Positions 11,521 to 23,033 of a DNA stretch of 51,172 nt are shown in pieces. The position numbers and the translations under genes are program-made. Each line of letters opens with the position of its first letter. Within the stretch, counting starts at the first letter, position 1. The stretch lies in sequence record SRR31156797_5459. One strand, written 5' to 3'. A model generated the notes under the pieces. That model searched no databases. It was given only the letters and a program-made list of their open reading frames with translations, and was not told the origin of the DNA.

Positions 11521-13374
11521 ATGGCATTACTTCAAATTGCAGAACCTGGTCAAAGTTCTGCTCCGCACCAGCATAAGCTGGCAGCGGGCATTGATTTAGG
11601 AACTACCAACTCGTTAGTGGCTTCAGTGAGAAGCGGCACAGCAACCACTTTAGTTGATGAGCAAGGACGAAGCATCCTGCCTTCCGTGGTGTCTTATTCT
11701 CAACAAGACAAAATTGTCGGCTATGAAGCTCATGACAACGCCCAAGCTGATCCTGAGAACACCATTATCTCCGTAAAACGCCTTATTGGACGTTCTCTGC
11801 AAGATATCCAAAATCGTTACCCAAGTTTGCCGTATCAATTTAAAGCCAGCGAAAATGGCTTGCCTATTTTGCAAACCTCTCAGGGTGACAAGAACCCAAT
11901 TCAAGTATCTGCAGATATTTTAAGATCATTAGGTCAACGTGCTGAAAACACGCTAGGCGGTGAGCTGGCAGGCGTGGTTATCACGGTCCCTGCGTATTTT
12001 GATGATGCTCAGCGTGTTGCAACCAAAGACGCGGCGTCTCTGGCGGGTTTACACGTACTTCGCCTGCTTAATGAACCGACAGCCGCGGCTATTGCTTATG
12101 GCCTGGATTCTGGTCAGGAAGGAGTTATTGCTGTTTATGACTTAGGTGGCGGTACGTTTGATATCTCTATTCTCCGCTTGTCTAAAGGTGTGTTTGAAGT
12201 ACTGGCGACAGGTGGTGATTCGGCTCTGGGTGGTGATGACTTTGACCACTTGATTGCGGATTACTTGCAACAGCAAATGGGCATTGAAGGTAAGTTAAGT
12301 GCCGATAAGCACCGAGCTTTGTTAAATGCATCGACTCAAGCAAAAATCGCACTTTCAGATACAGATCAAGTTGAAGTCAACGTACTTGATTGGACTGGTG
12401 TGTTAACTAAAGCGCAGTTTAATGAACTGATTCAGCCGCTAGTGAAAAAAACACTGATGTCTTGCCGTCGTGCACTTAAAGATGCGCAAGTATCAGCAGA
12501 CGAAGTGTTAGAAGTGGTGATGGTGGGTGGCTCTACACGCACTCCGTTTGTTCGCGAGCAGGTAGGTGATTTCTTTGGTCGCACACCTTTAACCAGTATT
12601 AATCCCGATGAAGTGGTCGCGATGGGCGCGGCGATTCAAGCTGACGTATTGGCTGGCAACAAACCCGATTCTGAAATGTTACTGCTGGATGTTATTCCTC
12701 TATCGTTGGGAATTGAGACCATGGGTAACCTAGTCGAAAAAATCATTCCACGTAACACAACCATTCCTGTCGCTCGTGCACAAGAGTTTACCACTTTTAA
12801 AGACGGTCAAACGGCAATGAGTGTCCACGTGGTTCAAGGTGAGCGCGAACTGGTTGATGATTGTCGTTCATTGGCTCGCTTCTCCCTGAAAGGTATTCCA
12901 CCAATGGCAGCAGGTGCTGCTCATATCCGAGTGACTTATCAAGTGGATGCTGATGGCCTGTTATCAGTGACGGCGATGGAAAAGAGCACCGGTATACAAG
13001 CTGAGATCCAGGTTAAGCCTTCTTACGGTTTAAGTGATAATGAAGTCACAACTATGCTGCGTGACTCTATGACTCATGCACAAGAAGATATGCAAGCAAG
13101 AGCGTTGATGGAACAGCGTGTAGAAGCCGATCGAGTGATTGAAGGCTTGATTGCTGCAATGCAAGCAGATGGTGATGACCTATTAGATGAGCAAGAACGT
13201 AAAGTATTACTTTCAGCCATTGAGTCATTAATCGAACTGCGTAACAGTGATGATGCAGATGCCATCGAGCAAGGAATAAAAGACACTGATAAAGCAAGCC
13301 AAGACTTTGCTTCGCGCCGAATGGATAAATCGATTCGTGCAGCACTAGCTGGCCATTCTGTTGACGAGATTTAA
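11521..13374 (+). CDS. hscA: Fe-S chaperone HscA (Hsp70 family)
   Basis: [10 protein letters not shown] start; GIDLGTTNS and [10 protein letters not shown] motifs; position in the isc operon. Confidence 0.98.
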   Translation: MALLQIAEPGQSSAPHQHKLAAGIDLGTTNSLVASVRSGTATTLVDEQGRSILPSVVSYSQQDKIVGYEAHDNAQADPENTIISVKRLIGRSLQDIQNRYPSLPYQFKASENGLPILQTSQGDKNPIQVSADILRSLGQRAENTLGGELAGVVITVPAYFDDAQRVATKDAASLAGLHVLRLLNEPTAAAIAYGLDSGQEGVIAVYDLGGGTFDISILRLSKGVFEVLATGGDSALGGDDFDHLIADYLQQQMGIEGKLSADKHRALLNASTQAKIALSDTDQVEVNVLDWTGVLTKAQFNELIQPLVKKTLMSCRRALKDAQVSADEVLEVVMVGGSTRTPFVREQVGDFFGRTPLTSINPDEVVAMGAAIQADVLAGNKPDSEMLLLDVIPLSLGIETMGNLVEKIIPRNTTIPVARAQEFTTFKDGQTAMSVHVVQGERELVDDCRSLARFSLKGIPPMAAGAAHIRVTYQVDADGLLSVTAMEKSTGIQAEIQVKPSYGLSDNEVTTMLRDSMTHAQEDMQARALMEQRVEADRVIEGLIAAMQADGDDLLDEQERKVLLSAIESLIELRNSDDADAIEQGIKDTDKASQDFASRRMDKSIRAALAGHSVDEI

Positions 13375-13386
13375 AGAGAATAAAAG

Positions 13387-13725
13387 ATGCCTAAGATTAT
13401 TGTTTTACCTCATGAAACACTTTGCCCAGAAGGTGCGGTACTAGAAGCACAGACTGGCGAAACGATTCTTGATGTGGCGTTGAAAAATGGTATTGGCATT
13501 GAACATGCGTGTGAAAAATCATGCGCTTGTACCACTTGCCACTGTATCGTTCGTGAAGGTTTTGATTCACTTGAAGAGAGTGAAGAATTAGAAGACGACA
13601 TGCTGGACAAAGCGTGGGGCTTAGAGCCTGAATCTCGTCTAAGCTGTCAGGCAATTGTTGCTGATGAAGATTTGGTTGTCGAAATTCCAAAATACACGCT
13701 TAACCACGCAGCCGAAGATCACTAA
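13387..13725 (+). CDS. fdx: ISC-system 2Fe-2S ferredoxin
   Basis: HACEKSCACTTCH and SRLSCQA motifs. Confidence 0.98.
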   Translation: MPKIIVLPHETLCPEGAVLEAQTGETILDVALKNGIGIEHACEKSCACTTCHCIVREGFDSLEESEELEDDMLDKAWGLEPESRLSCQAIVADEDLVVEIPKYTLNHAAEDH

Positions 13726-13729
13726 TATT

Positions 13730-13790
13730 TATACCCAAGTAACCTCAAAATGCAGCTCTGAATCCTGCATTTTAAAGTCACTTGGGTATA
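13730..13790. repeat. 61-bp ERIC-like palindromic element (short MITE-like form)
   Basis: TATACCCAAGTAACCTCAAAATGCAG, a 9-nt loop, then CTGCATTTTAAAGTCACTTGGGTATA. The arms are complementary at 23 of 26 positions, with TATACCC...GGGTATA ends as in ERIC repeats. Confidence 0.75.
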
Positions 13791-13809
13791 TCAGATAAGG
13801 AATTTCATT

Positions 13810-14004
13810 ATGAAATGGACAGATTCACGTGATATCGCTATTGAACTGTGCGATAAATATCCAGAAATAGAACCACAAAATGTACGTTTTACAGACTTGC
13901 ACCAATGGGTATTAGAACTAGAGGATTTCGATGATGAGCCTAACCGCTCGAATGAGAAAATCCTCGAAGCTATCATTATGTGTTGGATGGACGAACAGGA
14001 TTAA
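13810..14004 (+). CDS. iscX: Fe-S assembly protein IscX
   Basis: [13 protein letters not shown] start; VRFTDLHQW and SNEKILEAI motifs. Confidence 0.96.
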   Translation: MKWTDSRDIAIELCDKYPEIEPQNVRFTDLHQWVLELEDFDDEPNRSNEKILEAIIMCWMDEQD

Positions 14005-14042
14005 GGCTAGACTGAGTTTAGTTAACAATTTTTACTAAAAAC

Positions 14043-14066
14043 ACGGGCCTGATGGCCCGTTTTTTT
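14043..14066 (+). terminator. Terminator after iscX
   Basis: ACGGGCC-TGAT-GGCCCGT followed by a T-run. Confidence 0.8.
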
Positions 14067-14161
14067 ATCAAGTTGACATTTTTGTGTGTCAAAGTGATAA
14101 CATTCTGAAGTTAACAAGAAGATAGGGCGCAAGACCGCCTCGACTAAGACAAGGAGAAACC

Positions 14162-15454
14162 ATGTCTACACAGATGTCTGTATTTATCAGCCAAGAACCT
14201 GCCCAGCCTCAGTGGGGAGAGAAAGCATTACTATCATTTTCTGAGCAAGGTGCAACGATTCACCTTGGTCAATCTCACGATCTCGGCGCGATTCAGCGCG
14301 CTGCGCGCAAATTAGATTCACAAGGCTTAAAAGCAGTACTGCTTGATGGTGAAGGATGGTCGCTAGAAGCGATTTGGGCTTTTTATCAAGGTTATCGTGA
14401 AGCGAAAAAGAAAAACGCAGTAGAGTGGAAACCGCTCGCAGATGCAGAGCAAGCTGAACTTCAAGCTCGCATCAAAGCAACTGACTGGGTTCGTGACATC
14501 ATTAACAAGAGTGCTGAAGAAGTGGCACCGCGTCAGCTGGCAACAATGGCGGCTGAATTTGTTAAGTCTCTGGCTCCAGAGCAAGTGTCGTACCGTATTG
14601 TAAAAGACAAAGACTTGCTTACTGATGGTTGGGAAGGGATCTTCGCAGTAGGTCGTGGTTCTGAACGCACATCTGCAATGCTACAACTTGACTTCAACCC
14701 AACTGGCGATGAAAACGCACCAGTATTCGCATGTCTTGTCGGTAAAGGTATTACCTTTGATTCGGGCGGTTACAGCTTGAAACCATCAGGCATGATGACA
14801 GCGATGAAAGCGGATATGGGTGGTGCCGGTATGATCACTGGTGCGTTAGCACTTTCGATCTTACGTGGCTTGAACAAGCGTGTGAAACTGATTCTTTGTT
14901 GTGCGGAGAATATGGTTTCTGGCCGCGCACTTAAGCTGGGTGACATCATCACTTACAAGAACGGTAAAACCGTTGAGATCATGAATACCGACGCAGAAGG
15001 TCGTTTAGTGTTAGCCGATGGTTTGATGTACGCAAGTGAGCAGAACCCACAGCTAATTATCGACTGTGCAACGTTAACAGGCGCTGCGAAAAATGCGTTG
15101 GGTAACGATTTTCATGCGCTAATGAGCTTTGATGATGAACTGTCACATCAAGCTCTGACAGCCGCGAAAGAAGAGCACGAAGGCTTATGGCCACTGCCTC
15201 TAGCGGATTTCCACCGAGAGATGTTGCCATCAAGCTTTGCTGATCTTTCGAACATCAGCTCTGGTGATTACTCACCGGGTGCGAGCACTGCTGCAGCGTT
15301 CCTATCTTACTTTGTCGAAGATTACAAAAAAGGTTGGCTGCACGTGGACTGCGCGGGTACTTACCGCAAGTCAGCAAGTGATAAATGGGCTGCTGGCGCG
15401 ACGGGAATGGGCGTAAAAACCCTTTCACGAGTGCTATTGGACCAAGCAAAATAA
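14162..15454 (+). CDS. pepB: Aminopeptidase PepB (M17 family)
   Basis: [18 protein letters not shown] and [13 protein letters not shown] motifs; conserved position after iscX. Confidence 0.96.
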   Translation: MSTQMSVFISQEPAQPQWGEKALLSFSEQGATIHLGQSHDLGAIQRAARKLDSQGLKAVLLDGEGWSLEAIWAFYQGYREAKKKNAVEWKPLADAEQAELQARIKATDWVRDIINKSAEEVAPRQLATMAAEFVKSLAPEQVSYRIVKDKDLLTDGWEGIFAVGRGSERTSAMLQLDFNPTGDENAPVFACLVGKGITFDSGGYSLKPSGMMTAMKADMGGAGMITGALALSILRGLNKRVKLILCCAENMVSGRALKLGDIITYKNGKTVEIMNTDAEGRLVLADGLMYASEQNPQLIIDCATLTGAAKNALGNDFHALMSFDDELSHQALTAAKEEHEGLWPLPLADFHREMLPSSFADLSNISSGDYSPGASTAAAFLSYFVEDYKKGWLHVDCAGTYRKSASDKWAAGATGMGVKTLSRVLLDQAK

Positions 15455-15514
15455 TTTATAACAATATCAGGCGACGAAATAGTCGCCTTTATAACGAAAA
15501 GTAAAGGACATTTT

Positions 15515-15955
15515 ATGGCTCTAGAAAGAACATTTTCAATTATTAAGCCCGATGCTGTAGAGCGTAACTTGATTGGGGAAATCTACCACCGTATCGAGAA
15601 AACAGGACTTCGTATTATTGCAGCAAAAATGGTGCACCTGACAGAAGAACAAGCAAGTGGCTTCTATGCGGAACACGAAGGTAAACCGTTTTTCGAACCA
15701 CTGAAAGAGTTCATGACATCGGGTCCGATTATGGTTCAGGTTCTTGAAGGTGAAGATGCGATTACCCGTTACCGCGAGCTTATGGGTAAAACCAACCCTG
15801 AAGAAGCAGCATGCGGTACAATCCGCGCAGATTACGCACTAAGCATGCGTCACAACTCTGTACACGGTAGTGATAGCCCTGAATCTGCTGCGCGTGAAAT
15901 TGAATACTTCTTCCCAGAGTCAGAGATTTGCCCTCGTACTGAAGCGGTTATCTAA
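15515..15955 (+). CDS. ndk: Nucleoside diphosphate kinase
   Basis: [12 protein letters not shown] and NSVHGSDS (catalytic His) motifs. Confidence 0.98.
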   Translation: MALERTFSIIKPDAVERNLIGEIYHRIEKTGLRIIAAKMVHLTEEQASGFYAEHEGKPFFEPLKEFMTSGPIMVQVLEGEDAITRYRELMGKTNPEEAACGTIRADYALSMRHNSVHGSDSPESAAREIEYFFPESEICPRTEAVI

Positions 15956-15976
15956 ACCACCGTTGCGAATTGTTTG

Positions 15977-16002
15977 AAGCTCCCTGAATTGGGAGCTTTT
16001 TT
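15977..16002 (+). terminator. Terminator after ndk
   Basis: AAGCTCCC-TGAATT-GGGAGCTT followed by a T-run. Confidence 0.8.
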
Positions 16003-16165
16003 GTTCCTGGCACACCGTATTCATACACAATAAAATTGCTGTTTATTATTTAATCAATAAGTTAAAAATACCTTAGAAAACTCATGGTATTGCAGCTCTT
16101 GTTGTTACTGCGTAAAGGCTGTACAATTCGCGCCCTTAATTCTTGTTCCATCTATGAGAGGCCAC

Positions 16166-17287
16166 ATGACCACAGAAAAAGTCAATCTACTTGATTTTGA
16201 TCGCAAAGGTATGCGTTCATTTTTCGCTGAAGAGCTAGGTGAAAAAGCATTCCGTGCCGATCAGGTAATGAAGTGGATTTATCACTTTGGTTGTGATGAT
16301 TTTGAACAGATGAACAATCTGAGCAAAAAGTTGCGTGAAAAATTGCAGCACAAGTGTGAAATCCGTGCACCTTATGTTTCAGATGCTCAACACTCAAGTG
16401 ACGGCACCATTAAATGGGCGATGCGAGTCGGCGATCAAGACGTAGAAACGGTATACATCCCAGATGAAGATCGTGCGACCCTGTGTGTCTCTTCTCAGGT
16501 GGGGTGTGCGTTGGAATGTAAATTCTGCTCTACGGCTCAGCAGGGCTTTAACCGTAATTTACGAGTGTCTGAAATCATCGGTCAGGTGTGGCGTGCTGCA
16601 CGTGAAATCGGTATGCAAAAAGAAACGGGTCGTCGTCCAATTACTAACGTAGTAATGATGGGCATGGGTGAGCCGCTACTTAACATGAAAAACTTAATTC
16701 CAGCGTTAGAGATTATGCTGGACGATTTGGGTTTTGGCTTATCTAAGCGTCGCGTGACAGTGTCTACATCCGGTGTTGTTTCTGGCTTGGATCAGATGAC
16801 TGGTCAAATTGATGTGGCGTTAGCCATCTCTTTGCATGCTCCAAATGACGAACTACGTAGCGACATTATGCCGATTAATGATCGTTGGGACATCCAGGAT
16901 TTCCTAGCGTCAGTCCGTCGTTATATTGCTTCATCTAACGCTAACCGTGGTAAAGTGACTGTTGAGTACGTGTTGTTAGACCACGTGAACGATGGGACCG
17001 AGCATGCTCATGAACTGGCTCAGTTGATGAAAGACACACCTTGTAAAATCAACTTGATCCCGTTCAACCCATATCCGGGATCTCCGTACAAAAAACCAAG
17101 TAATTCACGCATTGACCGTTTCCAGAAAACGTTGATGCAGTACGAGCATACTGTAACTATTCGCAAAACTCGCGGTGATGATATTGATGCGGCATGTGGC
17201 CAGCTTGTTGGCGATGTGATCGATCGAACTAAACGTACTAAAATCAAACAGATGGATTCAAACGCCATTCCTGTCAAAGAGTTGTAA
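16166..17287 (+). CDS. rlmN: Dual-specificity 23S rRNA/tRNA adenine C2-methyltransferase RlmN
   Basis: Radical-SAM motif [22 protein letters not shown] and [12 protein letters not shown] at 16166 follows SD GAGAGG. Confidence 0.98.
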   Translation: MTTEKVNLLDFDRKGMRSFFAEELGEKAFRADQVMKWIYHFGCDDFEQMNNLSKKLREKLQHKCEIRAPYVSDAQHSSDGTIKWAMRVGDQDVETVYIPDEDRATLCVSSQVGCALECKFCSTAQQGFNRNLRVSEIIGQVWRAAREIGMQKETGRRPITNVVMMGMGEPLLNMKNLIPALEIMLDDLGFGLSKRRVTVSTSGVVSGLDQMTGQIDVALAISLHAPNDELRSDIMPINDRWDIQDFLASVRRYIASSNANRGKVTVEYVLLDHVNDGTEHAHELAQLMKDTPCKINLIPFNPYPGSPYKKPSNSRIDRFQKTLMQYEHTVTIRKTRGDDIDAACGQLVGDVIDRTKRTKIKQMDSNAIPVKEL

Positions 17288-17297
17288 TCAAAAATAG

Positions 17298-17334
17298 AAA
17301 GCCAAACCGAATTATGCGTTCCGTTTGGCTTTTT
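17298..17334 (+). terminator. Terminator after rlmN
   Basis: AAAGCCAAAC...GTTTGGCTTTTT. Confidence 0.65.
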
Positions 17335-17604
17335 ATCGGATTTAACTTACATTTTTTGTCTTTTTAGTGTCAATTTAAGTAAAAACCTTGACGAGTCTGT
17401 AATTTCTTTTCTAAATGCTTGTTGTTTACAGGCTAATATCTATTAGAATGTTTCATTATTATCAAAAGTCATAGCGAATGACGGTTGATATCGACATAAA
17501 TCAATTTCCACTTGTTGAAGTCAACAAGTTGATAGCTACTAACAATTAAAAATAAAAGCTACGACAAACGACTTGAGCATGTAAAAACGAGACAGACATT
17601 TCGG

Positions 17605-18582
17605 ATGAATACAGAAAACGACATCAAAATCGAAGAAGAATCCCCACAATTTGTAGAACCAGGCACTCTATTAAAAGAAAAACGCGAAGCTTTGGGTTTA
17701 ACTCAGCAACAAGTTGCTGACCGTTTACGACTTCGTCTCTCCATTATTCAAAACCTTGAAGAAAACAAATTTGATACAGATTTAGTCGCGACATTTATTC
17801 GTGGTTATTTGCGCTCATATGCCAAAGCTGTTGGTTTGAAAGAATCAGACGTTCTTGAAGCTTACGCTCAACGAAGCGGTTCGTCGCAACCAGAACAAAC
17901 GATGCAGAGCTTTTCTAAAAAGACCAAGCGCGCTAAGCATGATAGCCATATCATGACAATTACCTGGATCATCATGATAGTGCTGATTGGTATGTCTTCT
18001 TTATGGTGGTGGCAGAATCATCGTGATACTGAATTTTCTTCTGACCCTAATGCAGAAGTCTCAGCCGTATTGGATAACGATGGCACGATTCAACAGTCTA
18101 GCAGCGAACAAGAATTTGCTACTGTGAGTGAGTTGACTGAAGAGTCTGGTGAGGAAACGATCGAACCAGCTCAAGAGAACCTGGCCGATGAACCCAGTGA
18201 TGAAGTAATTACTGATGAAGTCGCTAGTCAAGATGCGGCTCCTCAAGTTGAAGAAAATCAAACCGTTGAAACTGAGCAAGTTTCAGTTGAAGCAGCGACG
18301 GAAGAAAGTGTCGTTGCAGAAGAATCTGTAGCACCAGCAGCAAATGAGAACTTGTTAACCATGTCTTTTTCTGCTGATTGTTGGGTTCAGGTAAAAGATG
18401 CATCGGGTAAAACTCTAGTGACTGGCATCAAGCAGGCTGGTCAGAGCGTGAGTTTGAATGGACAAAAACCTTTACAAGTGATTCTTGGTGCCCCTGAAGG
18501 CGTAACAATGACTTTTGCAAGTGAACCCGTCGACCTTTCTGGGTATACTTCAGGCAAAGTAGCAAGATTCACCTTACCTTAG
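17605..18582 (+). CDS. rodZ: Cytoskeleton protein RodZ
   Basis: N-terminal HTH ([11 protein letters not shown]), one TM segment, acidic linker and C-terminal domain (CWVQVKDA...LGAP); precedes ispG. Confidence 0.95.
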   Translation: MNTENDIKIEEESPQFVEPGTLLKEKREALGLTQQQVADRLRLRLSIIQNLEENKFDTDLVATFIRGYLRSYAKAVGLKESDVLEAYAQRSGSSQPEQTMQSFSKKTKRAKHDSHIMTITWIIMIVLIGMSSLWWWQNHRDTEFSSDPNAEVSAVLDNDGTIQQSSSEQEFATVSELTEESGEETIEPAQENLADEPSDEVITDEVASQDAAPQVEENQTVETEQVSVEAATEESVVAEESVAPAANENLLTMSFSADCWVQVKDASGKTLVTGIKQAGQSVSLNGQKPLQVILGAPEGVTMTFASEPVDLSGYTSGKVARFTLP

Positions 18583-18590
18583 AAAATACT

Positions 18591-19715
18591 ATGCAACACG
18601 AGTCTCCTATCAAACGTCGCCAGTCTACACGTATTTACGTGGGCGATGTGCCAATTGGCGATGGTGCGCCAATCGCCGTTCAATCTATGACTAATACGCG
18701 TACAACTGACGTTGAAGCGACAGTGGCGCAGATTAGAGCACTGGAAAAAGTCGGTGCCGATATCGTTCGAGTCTCTGTGCCGACGATGGATGCCGCTGAA
18801 GCGTTTAAGCAAATCAAACAACAAGTGTCAGTACCATTGGTGGCTGATATTCACTTTGATTACCGTATCGCATTGAAAGTTGCGGAATACGGCGTGGATT
18901 GCTTACGTATTAACCCTGGTAATATCGGTAACGAAGAACGAATTCGTTCTGTTGTTGATTGTGCTCGCGATAGAAACATTCCAATCCGTATCGGTGTGAA
19001 TGGCGGTTCTTTAGAGAAAGATCTGCAAATGAAGTATGGCGAGCCAACACCTGAGGCATTGGTTGAATCAGCCATGCGCCATGTTGATATTCTGGATCGT
19101 CTGAACTTCGATCAGTTCAAAGTCAGCGTTAAAGCATCGGATGTATTCCTAGCGGTTGATTCATATCGCTTGCTTGCTAAGAAGATCGATCAGCCTCTTC
19201 ACTTAGGTATTACAGAAGCGGGTGGCGCTCGAGCTGGCTCGGTAAAATCTGCGGTGGGTTTAGGTATGCTATTGGCTGAGGGGATTGGTGATACGTTACG
19301 TATTTCTTTGGCTGCAAACCCAGTTGAAGAGATCAAAGTAGGTTTCGATATTTTGAAATCTCTGCGTATTCGTTCTCGTGGTATTAATTTTATCGCTTGT
19401 CCAAGCTGTTCACGTCAAGAGTTTGATGTCATTTCAACCGTGAACGCGTTGGAAGAGCGCTTAGAAGATATTATTACACCAATGGATGTTTCTATCATTG
19501 GTTGCGTTGTGAATGGCCCAGGTGAGGCAGAAGTGTCCCATTTAGGTCTCGCTGGCAGCAACAAGAAAAGTGCCTTTTATGAGGACGGCGTTCGTCAGAA
19601 AGAACGTTTTGATAACGACGATCTCGTTGCTCAGTTAGAAGCAAAAATTCGCGCAAAAGCTTCAATGTTAGATGCAGATAAGCGTATTAACATTCAGCAA
19701 ATCGAACAAGACTAA
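18591..19715 (+). CDS. ispG: HMBPP synthase IspG
   Basis: [21 protein letters not shown] and GCVVNGPGE motifs. Confidence 0.98.
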   Translation: MQHESPIKRRQSTRIYVGDVPIGDGAPIAVQSMTNTRTTDVEATVAQIRALEKVGADIVRVSVPTMDAAEAFKQIKQQVSVPLVADIHFDYRIALKVAEYGVDCLRINPGNIGNEERIRSVVDCARDRNIPIRIGVNGGSLEKDLQMKYGEPTPEALVESAMRHVDILDRLNFDQFKVSVKASDVFLAVDSYRLLAKKIDQPLHLGITEAGGARAGSVKSAVGLGMLLAEGIGDTLRISLAANPVEEIKVGFDILKSLRIRSRGINFIACPSCSRQEFDVISTVNALEERLEDIITPMDVSIIGCVVNGPGEAEVSHLGLAGSNKKSAFYEDGVRQKERFDNDDLVAQLEAKIRAKASMLDADKRINIQQIEQD

Positions 19716-19735
19716 ACGATATTACGGTAATTATT

Positions 19736-21004
19736 TTGGCAAAGACTATTCAAGCAATTCGAGGCATGAACGATTGTCTCCCAACTCAGTCTCCACTTTG
19801 GCAAAAAGTGGAAGGCACAGTAAAAAGCGTAATCAGTGCATACGGCTATAACGAAGTCCGCATGCCAATCGTTGAGATGACGCAACTATTCAGTCGTGCG
19901 ATTGGTGAAGTGACCGATGTGGTTGAAAAGGAAATGTACACCTTTGAAGATCGCAACGGTGACAGCTTAACACTTCGTCCGGAAGGGACTGCGGGTTGTG
20001 TTCGCTCTGGTATCGAGAATGGCTTGCTGTATAACCAAGAGCAGCGTCTATGGTACATGGGTCCTATGTTCCGTCACGAGCGTCCGCAAAAAGGTCGCTA
20101 CCGTCAATTCCACCAATGTGGTGTGGAAGTCTTTGGCCTTGAAGGTCCAGACGTTGACGCTGAGTTGATCATGATGACTGCTCGCCTATGGCGTGAGCTA
20201 AACATCGCTGAGCATGTTCGTCTAGAGCTGAACTCTATCGGTTCTCTTGAATCACGCGCGAATTACCGTACTGCTTTGATTGAATACTTAGAGCAATACA
20301 TGGACGTGCTTGATGACGATTGTAAGCGTCGCCTGCATACTAACCCATTACGCGTTCTCGATAGCAAAAACCCAGATGTTCAGGCGATTTTAGGTGATGC
20401 ACCAAAGTTATCTGAATATCTTGACGAAGATTCAAAGCAACATTTTGCAGGTTTGTGTGAACTTCTTGACGCTGCTGGTATCGAATATACCGTTAACGAG
20501 CGCTTAGTTCGTGGTTTGGACTACTACAACCGCACTGTATTTGAATGGATTACAGAGAGCCTAGGTTCACAAGGCACTGTTTGTGGCGGTGGTCGTTACG
20601 ATGGTCTTGTTGAGCAACTGGGTGGTAAACCAACGCCTTCAGTAGGCTTTGCAATGGGTCTAGAGCGTTTAGTGTTAATGATGGAAACGCTAGGTAATAC
20701 AGACGTTCGTCGCAGTGTTGATGTTTATATGGTGACAGCTGGTGAAGGAACGTTATCTGCGGGAATGAAGCTAGCAGAACAACTGCGTGAGCAGATCCCA
20801 GGTCTGCGAGTGATGAATCACTTTGGCGGCGGTAACTTCAAGAAACAGTTTAAACGCGCGGATAAAGTGGGCGCTGCGGTAGCATTAGTGCTGGGTGAAA
20901 ATGAAGTTTCTGAAAACACAGTTGTAGTGAAAGACCTTGCCGGCGGCGAGCAGGAAACAATTTCTCAAGCGGAGATCGCGAGCAAACTTGCTCATTTGGT
21001 TTAG
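19736..21004 (+). CDS. hisS: Histidine--tRNA ligase
   Basis: TTG start; [27 protein letters not shown] and GGRYDGL motifs. Confidence 0.98.
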   Translation: MAKTIQAIRGMNDCLPTQSPLWQKVEGTVKSVISAYGYNEVRMPIVEMTQLFSRAIGEVTDVVEKEMYTFEDRNGDSLTLRPEGTAGCVRSGIENGLLYNQEQRLWYMGPMFRHERPQKGRYRQFHQCGVEVFGLEGPDVDAELIMMTARLWRELNIAEHVRLELNSIGSLESRANYRTALIEYLEQYMDVLDDDCKRRLHTNPLRVLDSKNPDVQAILGDAPKLSEYLDEDSKQHFAGLCELLDAAGIEYTVNERLVRGLDYYNRTVFEWITESLGSQGTVCGGGRYDGLVEQLGGKPTPSVGFAMGLERLVLMMETLGNTDVRRSVDVYMVTAGEGTLSAGMKLAEQLREQIPGLRVMNHFGGGNFKKQFKRADKVGAAVALVLGENEVSENTVVVKDLAGGEQETISQAEIASKLAHLV

Positions 21005-21085
21005 TCACCAATCGATCTAATTGCACATTTTTAGAGATACCTTATGCCAATGCTTGTCATTGGCAAAAAATTAAGAGGATAGGAC

Positions 21086-21700
21086 GTGGAACTCTACGAT
21101 AGCGAAGAACAACAAGTAGAAGCGATCAAAGATTGGTGGAAAGAGAATGGCAAAGCCGTCATTGTTGGTGCTGTCATTGGTTTGGGTGGTTTGTTTGGTT
21201 GGCGCTTTTATCAAGATAGCGTTATTGAAGCCAAAGAAGCGGCGTCAAACGATTATACTCAAGCTATCCAGGCACTATCTTCTCAAGGCGCAGAGGCTAG
21301 TAGTGATGTTCAGGGCTTTATTGATAGCAATAAAGATACAGAATACGCCGTGCTTGCAGCTATGCAATTAGCAAAAGTTCAAGTTGAAGCAGGTAACTTA
21401 GATGAAGCGCTAGCTCAACTAGAATGGGCTAAGACGTCAACGAAAGACGCAGCTTTAAAACCAGTTATCACGTTCCGTGTTGCTCGCCTTCACGCAGAGC
21501 AAGGTAATTACGATGCTGCGCTATCTGATTTAGCGAATATCAAAGAAGAGAGCTGGGCTGGTCGTGTAGCAGAGCTACGCGGTGATATTTCACTACGTAA
21601 AGGTGATACAGCAGCAGCATACGCAGCTTACACCGAAGCTCAGCAATCAAATGATGCGAGCCAAGCATTACAAATGAAGTTGGATGATCTAGCCAAGTAA
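21086..21700 (+). CDS. yfgM: Ancillary SecYEG subunit YfgM (TPR-like)
   Basis: GTG start after GAGGA; EEQQVEAIKDWWKENG, one TM segment and TPR-like helices; lies between hisS and bamB. Confidence 0.93.
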   Translation: MELYDSEEQQVEAIKDWWKENGKAVIVGAVIGLGGLFGWRFYQDSVIEAKEAASNDYTQAIQALSSQGAEASSDVQGFIDSNKDTEYAVLAAMQLAKVQVEAGNLDEALAQLEWAKTSTKDAALKPVITFRVARLHAEQGNYDAALSDLANIKEESWAGRVAELRGDISLRKGDTAAAYAAYTEAQQSNDASQALQMKLDDLAK

Positions 21701-21712
21701 GGGCACAAGTTG

Positions 21713-22873
21713 ATGAAAAAGATGTTCAACAAGCTGCTACTTTCTTCAGCTGTATTAGCATTACTAGCAGGTTGTGCTAGTGAAGAAGAGAATGTTGTCA
21801 TGGCGCCTGTGCCAGTGGTGAAAAGTGAATTCACCCCAGCATCTCTTTGGAGTGCATCTATTGATGATGGCGTTGGTCATTATTTCTCGAAGCTCACACC
21901 TGAATATGCGTATAGCAAAGTTTTTGTAGCGAGCCGTGATGGTTTAGTCAAAGCACTGGATCCGGAAAACGGTAAAGAGATCTGGGAAGTCGACTTAGAA
22001 GAAGAGGTTCCAGCACGTTTGTCTGGCGGCATTATTGCAGCTTACAGCCAAATTTATATTGGCAGTGAAAACGGTGTTGTGATCGCTTTAGATGCTGAAA
22101 CTGGTGAGTTAGTTTGGAGTGCTAAAGTCGAAGGTGAAGTTCTGGCTTCTCCGGTTGCTGACAATAACTTAATCATTGTTAACACCAGCCGTGGTGCGTT
22201 GGTGGCACTGGACCAAGATTCTGGTGAGCAGAAGTGGACCATTAGTACTGAGGTTCCGAACTTAACCCTTCGTGGAGAAAGTGCTCCTGCAGCGGTTTCT
22301 GGCGGTGTGTTCTGGGGTACGCCGAGCGGTCGTCTAGCCGCCGCTATTTCAGCGCGTGGACAACTGATCTGGCAACAGCCTGTTGGTCAGCCGAAAGGGG
22401 CGACGGAAATCGATCGCTTGGTCGATGTTGACGCTAAACCTGTCATTGTTGGTGGTACACTTTTCACTATCGGTTTTAACGGTCAGCTTATCGCGATTGA
22501 TTTACGCTCAGGTAACCCTATTTGGAAGCGTAACTATTCGTCGGCGACAGATATGGCCACTGACGGTGGACGTCTTTTCGTTGTTACCGATAGAGATCAT
22601 GTTGTAGCTGTCGATTCACGCAGTGGTACCGAGCTTTGGAGTAATGATCTGCTAGAAAACCGTTTGCTAACTGCGCCAAAAATTATTGATGGTTACATCG
22701 TTGTTGGTGATAGCGAAGGCTATTTACACTGGATAGATCGTAGCTCTGGCGAGTTTGTTGCTCAACAAATGGTTGATGACAGTGGCTTTGCGGTTGGTCC
22801 TGTAGCGATCGATGGTGGTTACGTTATCGTTACTCGCGATGGCGATGTAAAGAAACTGACGATCAAAAAATAA
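21713..22873 (+). CDS. bamB: Outer membrane protein assembly factor BamB (lipoprotein)
   Basis: Lipobox LAGC, PQQ-like beta-propeller repeats and TEIDRLVDVD motif. Confidence 0.96.
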   Translation: MKKMFNKLLLSSAVLALLAGCASEEENVVMAPVPVVKSEFTPASLWSASIDDGVGHYFSKLTPEYAYSKVFVASRDGLVKALDPENGKEIWEVDLEEEVPARLSGGIIAAYSQIYIGSENGVVIALDAETGELVWSAKVEGEVLASPVADNNLIIVNTSRGALVALDQDSGEQKWTISTEVPNLTLRGESAPAAVSGGVFWGTPSGRLAAAISARGQLIWQQPVGQPKGATEIDRLVDVDAKPVIVGGTLFTIGFNGQLIAIDLRSGNPIWKRNYSSATDMATDGGRLFVVTDRDHVVAVDSRSGTELWSNDLLENRLLTAPKIIDGYIVVGDSEGYLHWIDRSSGEFVAQQMVDDSGFAVGPVAIDGGYVIVTRDGDVKKLTIKK

Positions 22874-22877
22874 AACG

Positions 22878-22886
22878 TGATATAAT
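22878..22886 (+). promoter_or_regulatory. Putative extended -10 promoter upstream of der
   Basis: TGATATAAT fits TGnTATAAT exactly and lies just after the bamB stop codon. Confidence 0.55.
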
Positions 22887-22890
22887 TCAC

Positions 22891-22927
22891 AAACGGCTCC
22901 TAGCTGGAAACAGTTAGGAGCCGTTTT
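22891..22927 (+). terminator. Terminator-like hairpin in the bamB-der intergenic region
   Basis: AAACGGCTCCTAGCTG-GAAA-CAGTTAGGAGCCGTTTT. Confidence 0.7.
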
Positions 22928-23033
22928 ATTGAAATAAATAGTGTGGTTATAGGTAACAAGCTGGTGCTCATGAGTTGTCAGCGACACCGTGGTTACCTAT
23001 AACTACATATGAATCAAAATTGTAGAGGTTGTT

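Noticed and set aside
17288-17604. Loss or pseudogene of pilW/pilF between rlmN and rodZ
   Set aside because: No TPR-like remnant ORF is visible. As far as I know, direct rlmN-rodZ adjacency is the normal arrangement in Vibrio.
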